From: Tubulanus polymorphus
Lineage: Eukaryota > Animalia > Nemertea
Length of the DNA stretch: 64,000 bases
Assembly: GCF_964204645.1 (NCBI RefSeq)
Contig: NC_134027.1
Span: 26,126,560-26,190,559 of the forward strand
Reading direction: 5' to 3'
Below are positions 25,601 to 36,970 of the stretch, piece after piece. The position numbers and the translations under genes were made by a program. Position 1 is the stretch's first letter, and each line of letters opens with the position of its first letter. Under the pieces are notes generated by a model. That model ran no database searches. It saw only the letters and a list, made by a program, of their open reading frames with translations, and was not told where the DNA came from.

Positions 25601-26251
25601 AGATTTTGAAGTAGAACTTACTTTTGCGATCGTACTTTTCATACCAAGATGAATACAATCCATTCTTTTCTTTTTATTCCTGGCCGATTCGTGAACCTTC
25701 TTTATCACATTCGGGATATCTTCTTTGGGGATGACCAGGCGTCCCGATTTTTTATGTAAGAGCGCCCGATGTTGGGTCGAATACACGAAATTTTCTGCCC
25801 ACACATTAAACTGCCAGAGATATAGCAATTTGGCGCCGTTTGCAGGATCGACCAAATCCGCTTCCGTAGGTGAAATACTAGTTCGGATGTATTGAACAAA
25901 ATGACGATAAACGGCTCGAGGCAAGGCGGATTGTCTCACCAGAAATCCGAATTGCAAATCTCTAATATCGATACCAGAAGTACTGGTACATGTGGTACAA
26001 TTACAAGCAGTGCACGATGAAGACGAGACCGCAGTCGAAGAGGTTGCTGGCAGTGGTGGCGACCCTTTCTCCAACCTCACCCGTTTCAAACTCTCTGCAG
26101 TGGTGGTCGGTATTTGTAGCTTTTCCTGGTGGGTATTCGTCTGTTGCGAGGTTTCTCTATTATTTTCATGGTCGGAGTATCCGTCATCTATGGTAGAGTC
26201 TGAATCTATAGGATCCAAAAGCGACGAAGCGCTTAGAAATGACGAAAACAT
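22672..26251 (-). CDS. Uncharacterised nuclear protein with an integrase zinc-binding (H2C2)-like domain. Exons: 26251-25622, 24898-24751, 24656-23589, 23332-23216, 22778-22672
   Basis: Five exons with canonical GT-AG junctions join into one ORF of about 690 aa. The spliced segment RLVIPKEDIPNVIKKVHE...HLGMKSTIAK|LQNIY...GMTEDMVREYVKNCPEQLC resembles Integrase_H2C2/NOL4-type domains. Disordered Ser-rich middle, KKRK NLS-like motif, helical C-terminus. Confidence 0.75.
25390..25461 (+). pseudogene. tRNA-Gly-derived pseudogene (antisense within intron 1 of the minus-strand gene)
   Basis: GCATCCATGGTTCAGTGGTAGAATTCTCGCCTACCATGCAGGAGCCCGGGGTACGATACCG follows the tRNA-Gly(GCC) consensus. The anticodon reads ACC, the T-arm and 3' acceptor are degenerate, and a T7 run follows. 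Confidence 0.7.
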
Positions 26252-26956
26252 TTTAACTGGTGTGGTAGTAGGCTGAGACCTAAGTGTACATTCAACTCAG
26301 TGTTTGTTGTATCTAAAGGTATCTTATTAGTTTTATTGATCTGATCACCACCTGCGCACGTCTTGCAGAAAAAAACATGCACCCGACTGAATTTGAATCT
26401 TTTCACTTTTAAACTCTGGAAATCATTAACCCAGACTGTATCGCCATGATAGTTGCAGGAATTTATACTATTTGTGAGAAATTAGGTCTGGCCGTGCCAA
26501 AATCTTTTTAATTGCGGCCGCACACGTGGGTTAGTCAAGCCGGTGCCCATGAAATGGATGCGCGCCCATAGGAATGATTTGGTTCCCTTTGAAGTGATGA
26601 AAAGTTTCTGATGTACTGTTATCTATAATTTTATGAGACTGAAATCCATTTTTCGTTATTTGAACAACGTTTTAATTATCTAGACGTTTCGGTCGCGTAG
26701 AATAAGAATCTTCATTTTGGTTTATTACCGCGGCACATCAACAAAATATTCATTGCTTTTATTACAGCGTCGTTAGCAAATTAACGATATTATCTTTTGA
26801 TACAGCGTTGAATCAACAAATTAACGATATCGTATTCTGCTGTGCTGTTTTGGACGATTTTGGATCAGTTTCGGTGGTTTTAATATGTTCACATGCTTCA
26901 GTGTTTGTCTAAACTTATGTAAAAGAGGTCAAAGATAAACAGCTAAATGATATGAT

Positions 26957-29900
26957 ATGAGAGAATCAGTTTTTTACTCTCTGATTTTCATGGTAAGTGG
27001 TGTGTTTGCTTAAAACCTGTTTGAAATTGAATGAAATTCCTTCCTTTTTATCAATTTCTGTATTTTGTATCACAGGGGCTCATATATTTGAAGTATTGGG
27101 GGTGAATAGTAGCTTAGATCATCCAATATCCCCCTGCTCACGTACTTAACCTGTCCTTGGATATTTGGGATATTTGATTATTGTATTCACCCTACTATAA
27201 CTTTGAATTCGAGCCCCTGCGATCTGTATGAATAATTTAGAGACGATCGTTCTATGCTTCAGTTGTATTGTATTTGTTGTGATCTTCACCGCGCTGTTTC
27301 GTTACAACAATGCGCCAGAGATAACTCTCGTTTAGTTCGAGACTTCGTACAAAATGTAAGTTTGGGCCCGTATTTCATTCGAACCTGTGGGCTAGGGATT
27401 GTGGGCTCGTAGGGGAGGTAAAAATCAGCCAGGCCTGATTTTATTGACTTGTCACGAAAGATTTGTGGTTAATTGGACTTAATTAGTTAATAGATGTTTT
27501 CAATATTTCAAACTTAATCATGTTAGTACTAATGTCTATTTCAATTAGACTTGAGAACATTCCTGGTGGCCTAGCTAGCTCATTTTTGGTAGTACATACC
27601 TGATAAAGGTCTAAGTATGACCAGAAAAGACAGGCAGTCGACCTTAAACATCGTTTTTTAATGTATTTGAAACTGTATTGAAGGATATCCAGAAAGTCTT
27701 TATTGTAAGGGGTCCATGAGAGAAAATAGACTCCATGATTTGAAAGTTTAACAATATGTCTCCATGCCTACCAACTGAAGTTTGGTATGTAGGCATGGAA
27801 ACATATTGTTAAACTTTCAAATCATGGAGTCACTTCTCTTCATTTAACCCCTTTCAGTGAAGTCTTTTTGGATATCCTTCAAACGGTTTCAAATGGATTA
27901 AAAAATGATGATTTAGGTCGACTGCCTGTCCTGTCTGGTCCTACAAAGACCTTAATCAGGTATGTACTACCAAAAATGAGCGAGCTAGGCCACCCGGAAT
28001 GCTCTCAAAACAGGTTGAAATAGACATTAGTAGAATAGCCTGTACACTCAGGGTCAGGGATGGAGCATCGAATATAAGAATGTAAAACACTACAAATTTA
28101 AAAGATTAACCAAAGGAAAATGAATTGCGTTAAGGTTAAGTTGAGAGATCTCTTTAAAACTAAGAGGTTAATTAAGGTTAAGTTGAGAGATCTCTTTAAA
28201 ACTAAGAGGTTAATTAAGGTTAAGTTGAGAGATCTCTTTAAAACTAAGAGGTTAATTAAGGTTAAGTTGAGAGATCTCTTTAAAACTGGGCCCCGACGCT
28301 TAACGATTTTTGATTTCATTGATATTTGCGTTTTAGGAGTTGTCGTCGTTGTACGCTGATTATGGGGTGAGTATACCGTACTCGTGTCAGCTGTCCAGTG
28401 AACGAGACATGTACAACGATCAGGAGAATCATTTAAACGAGGAATCACCTTCACGCTGGACGTGTGAATACTGCGGAAAATCATTCTATGCACTTCATTA
28501 TCTAGATTTACATTTCGACAACAGACACGCTGATAAAATCAGACAGGTTAGTGCAGCGCCCTTTAGAAATATTCACCATCAAGTGAAGTGTGAACGATCA
28601 GTTTTTGAAAGTGTGCTGATAAAATGTCTGGTGTTTGTAGTTCATTTTCAATTGATAATGTCTCGGGTGAAATTCTGAACATTTTTTGATTAATTTTTTG
28701 ATTAAATTTTGATTAATTTACAATTGCAAATTGTATTCGATGTCTGTCTGAGATGGGTGCTGAGTCTAGATTGAGGAGGTGCAAGGCACAGGCTCAAGGG
28801 GACTAGGGGTACATGGTTCTGGCTGAGAGGGTGAAGAGTCCAGGCTGCACCCTGCTGTAACTGGTAGATGATTGATTGTTTCAGACATCCGATGTCACAT
28901 GTTTAGCCGATTATTGTGATATTCTACGTTGCGATGTCCTCGGTGCGACGAAGCAACCCGAATATTGGACGATGGCTTTGTGTAAAGAGTCTAGATTAGT
29001 AAAACTAAAACATAAATGTCAGGTATATATCAAATACAATGTGTTACCGTTTTACCTAAGCCGGGTTTTGAATCGGATTATCGATCACCTTTATTCTATA
29101 TGCATTTTATATTTAGGATTATCTAAAGTCATGTATTCCGGATAGTCTGAAAGGCACTGAAGAGTTGGATAAATTCAAGGGTATGTAATAAAACGTTTGC
29201 CAGTTTACGAGACAGATATTTCCGATCTAATCTGAAATAGTACCGGTAATCGAATGAATGTAGTTCGTCGTTATCTATGTTCTAGATGCATTGCACGCGA
29301 AGACTTGTGAATTTCTAACTTGTGAACGTTATTGGGAAATTGTACGTTCATCTGTAAGTATGAACTAGGAACGGGTAGAATAATTATTGAAATCTGGGTA
29401 TGTACCGCTCAGTATAATAGAGTAGACTCTGCTTGCCTCAGATCTCGCTGAACCAATAGATTCTGTCCAAGGTACGCGAATTCAAGGGCAGTCGAAGCAG
29501 GAATGGGTCGGGATAATCGGACGCATTCGAATCTAGGGTAAATAGAGTTCTGCTACCATCAGGATTATGACCTATGAACTGATGAGACATCAGACTCAGC
29601 CATTGCACCTGCCTTGATTCCCCAGCCTCATGGAGCTTGTGATATGTAGCTGGGCGTCCTCAATTAAAGATTCGCTACAGCATCCCCAGGTACCACACAT
29701 AAACGGTACCATTCTTTATAAGTGTGACATAGAGTATACTGTAACAAATCTTTGATTTTGTCACAAGTATATATATATATATAAATATAATTTATTTTTC
29801 ATCATTATGTCATGCAAGATACAATATAGGAGTTAAACATAGTTTTTACAGACATAAGATGAGGGACACAGTGCGAGTCTAGGGCTGTACTTATAATTAC

Positions 29901-30409
29901 TAAGGCACTGTGCCCACGTGCATTATGTGCAAGGTGCGATACAAATAGATATATATGTTACTTTATAATATATGAATATCGTCCCTGTTGTCCGATTTTT
30001 TTTTTCGATTTACGAAACGACTGTTTGAATATTTTTCAGGATACTCATAATGCTAAGATACCGTATATCATAGCCGGTATTTTCATGGTGTTCGCGACGA
30101 TTCTCTACTACGTGGCTGCATATACACATTTCTAGTAAGTCGATTCGAATTCGGACTATATTTTCTAAGTAATGGTAACGCGTATGGTTGTTCAACTGTA
30201 CCGGTATTATGTGTTACAGTACTGATGAACCAGTATTGGAAACGCTCGGTATTTCTGACGGTAGACGTCGCGTCCGCAGTCGCGCGGATTCAGGTAATGG
30301 AATCCTATACGCTCCGTGCGTACAGCGCCAACGAACATCGTTTGATTACGATGATTATTCGTCGTATGATTATGATGATGAGGGTGATTACGATGGACAA
30401 TACGATTGA
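26957..30409 (+). CDS. Uncharacterised type-I membrane protein with a Cys-rich lumenal region and C2H2-like finger (similar to plant At5g63280-type proteins). Exons: 26957-26992, 27263-27355, 28337-28546, 28885-29022, 29117-29180, 29286-29353, 30040-30134, 30220-30409
   Basis: Eight in-frame GT-AG exons. Signal peptide MRESVFYSLIFMLYCICC, then CARDNSR...CQLSSERDMYNDQE...WTCEYCGKSFYALHYLDLHFDNRH...CLADYCDILRCD, TM helix IPYIIAGIFMVFATILYYVAAY and an acidic Tyr-rich tail. Family assignment is from recall. Confidence 0.8.
27529..28030. mobile_element. ~500-bp foldback (palindromic) MITE with TA TSD, Tc1/mariner-like
   Basis: TA|CTAATGTCTATTTCAA...TTGAAATAGACATTAG|TA. Arms pair along their whole length around the central ccatgcctac...gtaggcatgg. 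Confidence 0.85.
28130..28292. repeat. 42-bp tandem repeat, about 4 copies, ending in a Harbinger-like TIR
   Basis: ttaaggttaagttgagagatctctttaaaactaagaggttaa repeated, ending aactgggccc. Confidence 0.85.
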
Positions 30410-30435
30410 AGGTGAAATAATGCATGTTGTATTAA

Positions 30436-30655
30436 GGCTAAAAAAAATTGATACCTTGTTTCTCCGCTCTGCTGAGCTTAAATGTTGACCCGGCCGGCCG
30501 CCTATCTACCCTATACATTACTTTTTTTAAAATCGTGATCAAATTTACCATAACAGACCCGGCCACTATAGAAATGAACTGTTTATAAATTCTATCATAT
30601 TTTACAAAAATGACCCGGCCGCTGCGGAGAAACAAGGTATCATTTTTGTTTAGCC
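30436..30655 (-). mobile_element. PIF/Harbinger MITE, copy 2
   Basis: Reverse complement of 20015-20225 with TAA target duplication. Lies 27 bp after the stop codon at 30409. Confidence 0.9.
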
Positions 30656-31305
30656 TAAACATTCTTCAGTTGAAACCTGGGCTACTGGTATAACGCACCA
30701 TCATGTTCATCTCAAATGGCCAAAATTCTTAATTATTTTAATTACTTAATCGTTGATGGTAAGCTTTTATGATCGGATAGGCTCATCATACCAACGTGGT
30801 TTGTGAAAATATCCGATCGTGAAACTAAACCACAGACACGTTACTGGCTAATTTTCAATCAACAATTTGAGCTTGATTCTGTCATTGCTCCTGAATACAA
30901 AAATCCCCTACAGCCATATACAGGAGATATAAGATTGACCTTTGATGTTTGGTATAGTTTTCATTGATAATCGGTGGTGAATTTCGGACGTAAGTTGGTT
31001 CGATTCAGATCAGAATGTCGATCGGAATTTTGAAGTACCGATTATCGAGTCACCACTAACGCAGCTGATGGATCCTCCATTGCCACAGTAACATTGCCAG
31101 TACCCGGTAACATGAGGGATCTTTGGCTGAAATGACAAGCAAATGATTCGATTTGACTTGTACTTGTAACAAGATTTCACTGTCGAATAATATACTCGTT
31201 TCATGTCGTATTCAATGTTTGTATTTAGTGAATAAATGTTGTGTCGACCCTCATTTATCACTGCATGATTAAATGACATCAATTAAATGAAAGGGTAACC
31301 CAGTT

Positions 31306-31404
31306 TAGTTAGTTACCGAATCGTTAGTGGTAAGCTTTTATAATCGGATGTGGTTTGTGAAAATATCCGATCCTGAAACTAAACCACAGACAGGTCAGTG
31401 ACTA
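31306..31404 (+). mobile_element. Short MITE with 12-bp TIR (TAGTYAGTNACC) and 9-bp TSD
   Basis: AACCCAGTT|tagttagttacc...ggtcagtgacta|AACCCAGTT. Relatives at 30734-30850, 44016-44863, 45687-45810 and 55111-55198. Confidence 0.85.
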
Positions 31405-31982
31405 AACCCAGTTCAGATTTGACTCTGTGTTTTCTCATTAAAAATGAACTGATTTTAACTCCAAGTTCCAACGCACAATTCTGGAACTGTGAATAAACGT
31501 CTTATATCCTTGAAAAACTCATCTCCATCTATCTATTTCAGCAACTTTACTGTCATCTAGATCACGTTATCTATTACTATTTGATGGATGAATATAATTC
31601 TGATTTCGATGTTTAATTGTTTATTTTGTAGCATTGAAACGCTATTTGATTCGACGTATAATGGTAGTGCAGACACGAGGTTTAGTCGAGTTGATCATAG
31701 CGCGAGCAACACGAGGCAAATACGTAGACGCAAGATGTAAAAGTCATGGAACAATAGTCATGTATTTTCTGAAGGAATCGTTTTAGAATCCATTCAATTT
31801 ACAATATGTAAATATGTACAGATTTATTTCGATGTTTGATTGTAGGATAAATGCGTACATTGTTTTGTTTTTGTGTATTTTTGTAATAAACTTATTGACA
31901 AATAATCAAACTCTGAATCTATGAATCTATGAAGTTGGACTTTTTGAGGAGGGATGAGAATTGAATTTATCTCTGAGAAACC

Positions 31983-32330
31983 ACGCACACGAGTTGGGCT
32001 GTCTGAGGATGGCACATGGGTTAGGCTGTCTGAGGACCGCACACGGGTTGAGCTGTCTGAGGATCGCACACGGGTTGGGCTGTCTGAGGATCGCACACGA
32101 GTTGGGCTATCTGAGGGTCGCACACGGGTTGGGCTGGCTAAGGATCGCACACGAGTTGGGCTGTCTGAGGATCGCACACGAGTTGAGCTGTCTGAGGATC
32201 GCACACGAGTTGGGCTGTCTGAGGATCGCACACGAGTTGAGCTGTCTAAGGATCGCACACGAGTTGGGCTGTCTGAGGATCGCACACGAGTTGGGCTGTC
32301 TAAGGATCGCACACGAGTTGGTCTGTTTGA
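31983..32330. repeat. 27-bp minisatellite, about 13 copies
   Basis: cgcacacgagttgggctgtctgaggat repeated with few substitutions. Confidence 0.95.
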
Positions 32331-33788
32331 GCTTGGAGCTCCAAGAGGAGATACGGTGCTGATGATAAAATTGAAGATATGAGTATAAATAACTGTGGAT
32401 TATCCAATTATCTGTGATATTCCAAGTCAAATTCCGTCCTCCCCCTTCGCATCTTTAAGATTCTTTCGCACACGCGTGCGCGTATATAACCTGCAGGGCC
32501 GATCTAGAACGAGTTTTAAGTCCGGATCCCTGCATATTTGTGTCACTCATCCTCTCATCTTATCGGTTCTTTCAAAGATCCCCTACCGAGAGGTGTAACC
32601 ACGCTTGCGGACTCGGCGTGGCGCTGCCTTATCCGAGGAACACCCTTCCTCTACTTTTGTACACTTCCATCTTTACCGGATGATTTCAATAACAATGCTC
32701 ATGACGTGAATGATAGCCAGTTGAAATGATTCAATATATATGGTGATCAGTGCGCGCAGGTGAAAGTATAATTCATATCCATATCAGGACTCGTCAGTTG
32801 ATCTTCTATAGCCTCTCTCAGCCAGTACGATGAACTTCAAAAAGTTACTCATTTCTATTTTAGGTAAGTAGATGTGCTATGAATATTTATCGTGGCGTTA
32901 TAACGTTATTACCATAAGAACATTTCTTTTTCAACAAAATGCACTATGTAGAATAATTTTTCGCGCATTCATATAAAAAGGCATAGTCGAGTGTATACAG
33001 AAAAAGCAATATATAGCCTAACAGGGGCGGATGGGACTCAAGAGTCCAGATTCCTTCACATTTAGGTTGTTCTTTTTTTTGTCAAGACAAAAGATCGTTA
33101 AAAACCTACAAATTTGGCGCTCATCCTTTTAGAAATTGCACATTTTGGACGTGATTCTGCAAAAATATCTAACAACGAGGGTGGAACCCCTTGAATAGCC
33201 TGGCCTGAAATGACGAACTAGACGCCCTGCTTTATTAGAAAAATTCCTTAGTAATTTCGTCTTTTTGATCTTGATTATTTTACATTATCAACTAAGTAAG
33301 CCTATCAAACTAGTATTTCTGGTCGAGAATCCTAAACAAAAAAGATCACATTTTTCCCGATATTTTTGAAGAAAGAAAACTGTTGTTAAGATAAGTTTTC
33401 GCGTTTTGTAACACGCATGAATTCCACGCGTGACAGTCAAACTCGGTTTTAAAGTTACAATCTGATTAAGTCGTCACGCATCACTGAAATCGTCTTGGAT
33501 AAATACGTCTTCAGTAAAATGTCATCCCAACTGTGTACGTCGACTAATGCGGGTTTCGCTGTAACATTTAGATATTTCTTGTTTTTGGATGTAAAAGGGT
33601 TTGACGGTAGTAAACCATGATGCCGAATTGAACAAATGTACAATGAATGTGAGGGTATTTTCGGGGTTTTGTTTTACCGCTAACAGAATTGATCACTGAG
33701 AATGAATTTCAAAATGGCGGTCAGTGACACTTCCGCCGGAAATAGATGATCCGTTGTTAATTGCTCACGTGTTTACTTATCGATCGAT

Positions 33789-36312
33789 ATGGAAACGGTC
33801 GACCCATTAGTGTTTCTGATCTTGTTTAGAAGTTGTGAAAGGATAATAAACGTGCAGTCGATTAAAGGAATACAAGGTGATAAACGATCTATTTCATTCT
33901 AAGATCTATATTTAATGCTGTCGCCTGGCAAAAGCGGATGTCAATTTCGCTTCTATCTGCCGGAAATGCGACTCCTAGTTTGCAGTCCATACATTCAATT
34001 CACGTTAAGCTTTGTTATGCCAAGTTTTCAAATATTTTTAAATTCAGGGTCGTGCCTCTTAATTTTTCCTTTTTTTTTTCAGAGAAACCCGAAAAAGGGC
34101 AGGGGCCGGTTGCTCAAAGGTTGTTTAAGTCTTAAACAGTCGTTAAATTGCTAAACGAGTCGTTAAAAATTAAACAGTCGTTATTTCCGGTTGCTCAAAG
34201 ATTTAACGGTCGGTTAAATCACTTAAACGACGGTTATAGTTAAACGGTCCAAGGTAGGTTGTTTACCTCACCTAACGACTCGTTAGGGATTTTAACCTGT
34301 CGTTAGTCTTAACGACTGGTTAAAATTAAACAACCTTTGAGCAACCGGCCCCAGTTCTATAACAATGATATTTGCAAAAAGGGTACTTTATTTCTGGGGG
34401 AGGCAACTGCCCCCTTCTGAATGCGGCCCTGACTATAATTTGAAACTTTGTTTAAATGCTTTTGCTAGTGACTGCTAAACGTATTGTATTTTCAGTTACT
34501 TGTTTTACCACAGACTCCGGTTGTGCTGTCGATGAAAATGATATCCTGGCGTGTTGGCCAATGTCATCTACTCTTCGATTTCAAGACATATCTTTCAGTA
34601 AATGTGATGGATATATGGCCATCGGTACTAAACCTTCTTTCACCACCGGTCCATCTGGTCAACCCTACACCGCATATACATATAAGACACAACAGATAGT
34701 CTTTCCGACAGGACTTCATCCAAATATGGATCTGACTGATCTACCTTACACAATTATGTTGAACTTACGAATGGATTCATATGTAGCCCGAACCCTCTTC
34801 ACCTGGAAACTCTCAAGTCAATCAGGTTTGTCGCTGAATATAGTTGGCGATAGACTCATTTTGTCTTATACCGCGGATAGCGACGGACGGCTACATACGG
34901 TGTATTCGCAATCGATTCTGAGTCCTGAGGTTTGGTATACGGTAACAATCATGAACAAAAATACTGTTTCCAAAGTGTATTTAATCATCACTGGTCCAAC
35001 TCTGTCGTACTCGAGCAGTGCTGGCCTTCAGTCATCGATGAGAATACGTGGGGACATCACTTTCCTACCAGGCCAGTCATCGTCACCGTTCATACAGATC
35101 AGTTGTATTACGATTATGAAAATAGCAGATATTTCATTAATTACATCGAACAAAGTTTGTCATCAGTCGTTATTTCGTAAGTATCCGTCGACCTATTCAT
35201 TTCTATCCGAATACTAAATAATATTCGAGCCCGATTATCAAATATATATGTGGTCGCCGTGACCCAGTAGGGGGTCTATGAAAAGTCGATGCCTAAATGA
35301 CATTTGAAATGGTAATTTTCAAAAAATTAATCCTGGTAAAATATTCCTTTCATTTCCTAATGGTTGCCGATTTTATTATGTTTGCTCAACACTCACATGC
35401 GTCCATATCAGACCTTGGAGTGGACTCAGTTAAGAGTACAACAGCGCACGGGCGCTCTCGTCGCAGTTTTCCCGTGCCCCAACGAAACAACGACGAAATA
35501 TCTATATTTTCTTGGAAATCGTTCTTTTAGATGCCCAGAAGGCCCTACTACACTGAATTTCTAAGTTTTCCACACCCCGCATTGCCTTCGCACCCATGGC
35601 CCTCGTTCTACGCGCGGATATGTGTCCATTCTATGCCCTTTTAATTTCTTTGCGCTCCTGCCCCTGGATTAGCCCCTGTTAACCTGACTATCGCTATTTT
35701 TCGTTTAACCTTTAGTCAAATAGATTGAGACTGGGCCATTTCAATATATAATGTAGCATCTACGTATAAAGAGTCATTCCATCTACATATAAAACCTGGA
35801 ATATATATACAGACCATTGGTAATGTTATTCGTATATTTATTCAGCAAAGACCACTGCCAGCAGTAGCATCCCCAGCAGTACTAGCAGCAGCAGCAGCAG
35901 CCCCAGCAGTACTAGCAGCAGCACCTCCAACAGCCCCAGCAAAGCCTCCAGCAGCCCCAGCAGTACTAGCAGCAGCAGCAGCGGTACTAGCAGTAGCAGC
36001 ACCAGTACCAGCAGCGGGCCAAGCAGCACCATCAGTATTGGGCACATCACCATCATCCCGCCACCAAAATTGATACATCAAGGCATCAAATACATCAAAT
36101 ACAAAAAAGGATGTGTGGTTAAATCGAATATTATCGAAACCAAACAGGGACTCAGTCGAATAGCGTGTGGTTCCACTTGTGCTCGAAGCGCCACCTGTCG
36201 ATCATTTAGTTATTCATCAACCGCTTCAATTTGTCATCTATCCGATGTTAAAGATCTTTCTTACTCAATTGATGCTGCTCGTAATGTTTATAGTACATAC
36301 ATAGAACAATAG
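33789..36312 (+). CDS. Putative secreted protein: ConA/LamG-like beta domain, Ser/Thr-rich linker and C-terminal PAN/Apple domain. Exons: 33789-33876, 34496-35176, 35846-36312
   Basis: Three exons joined by two phase-1 introns stay in frame. Hydrophobic N-terminus (PLVFLILF), LamG-like segment (YTIMLNLR...LSLNIVGDRLILSY...ILSPEVWYTVTI), poly-Ser linker, and PAN pattern SRIACGSTCARSATCRSFSYSSTASICHLS. YY1/ETS-like motifs upstream at 33710-33742. Confidence 0.7.
34103..34351. mobile_element. PIF/Harbinger MITE with CAG TSD
   Basis: CAG|GGGCCGGTTGCTCAAAGGTTGTTTAA...TTAAACAACCTTTGAGCAACCGGCCC|CAG, with internal ttaaacgactcg-like repeats. Confidence 0.9.
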
Positions 36313-36774
36313 AATATAATCATACTGTGTGCCGTGTTGAAGAAATTGCACCTCCGTTTATGTATTTTGAAAAGATTGCATCTCTTGCGTGCACCAATGA
36401 GGCTGAGCAGCTATCAGTTATAATCTAAAATGAATTGATCGTTTTTTTATTTCGATGAATCTAAAAATGTCAAACTCTAGATACGAATCAGGCTCCGACG
36501 ATTAAAGAATGTAAAACATATACGATTCTTGATTTAGCCCGCATAAATTCACGATCCAGTGTTACAGTTCCGAGAACTCAGTGAAAATAGATTGAAACTG
36601 ATTGAATTGAACTAATCTTAACTGAGATTTACTACCAACTCACAACTGTGGAACTCAGACTTACAAAACTGTTGAACTGAATCCTGGGTTCGAATGGGTA
36701 TTTATCGATTTCTGATAATTTTGTAAAATGAAATAAATTCTTATCTATGAAATACGTAACTGTTGTTTTCTCTA

Positions 36775-36970
36775 GAGAGAATCCCACAATTATAACGAAA
36801 AAGTCCGAAAATGTAACTTCGAGATAGTAGTTTATTTCAACGTTTCGACGATATCCTAATAGTCATCTTCAGGAATAATGAGATACTACAAAGATTAATT
36901 AATTATTTCACGTTGTCTCTGGATTGTATATATATATATATATATATCTCATAATTTTTGTAGTATCTCA
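36775..36970 (-). mobile_element. Penelope-type terminal repeat with a partial inverted copy
   Basis: 36775-36895 is the reverse complement of the 3' part of 46520-46662, and 36913-36970 is a direct copy of its 5' part. Contains a hammerhead motif. Confidence 0.65.
36832..36878 (-). ncRNA. Minimal type I hammerhead ribozyme motif
   Basis: Minus strand ttattc-CTGAAGA-t-GACtattaggatatcGTC-GAAA-CGTT-gaaataa: intact core with palindromic ACGT in place of helix III. Confidence 0.6.

Noticed and set aside
26675-26718. Possible hammerhead on the minus strand (atgaaga...ccgaaacgtc)
   Set aside because: Core C3 is missing and helix II does not pair. At most a decayed remnant.
28098-28359. ORFs with repeated LKRSLNLTLINLLV / VKLRDLFKTKRLIK
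   Set aside because: Artefact of a 42-bp intronic tandem repeat.
31983-32330. CRISPR-like array or repeat-protein gene
   Set aside because: Units are contiguous with no unique spacers, there are no cas genes, and the context is eukaryotic. The ORFs arise because the 27-bp unit lacks stops in several frames.
35838-36081. Poly-Leu and poly-Ala ORFs on the minus strand
   Set aside because: Antisense readings of the (AGC)n Ser-rich linker exon.
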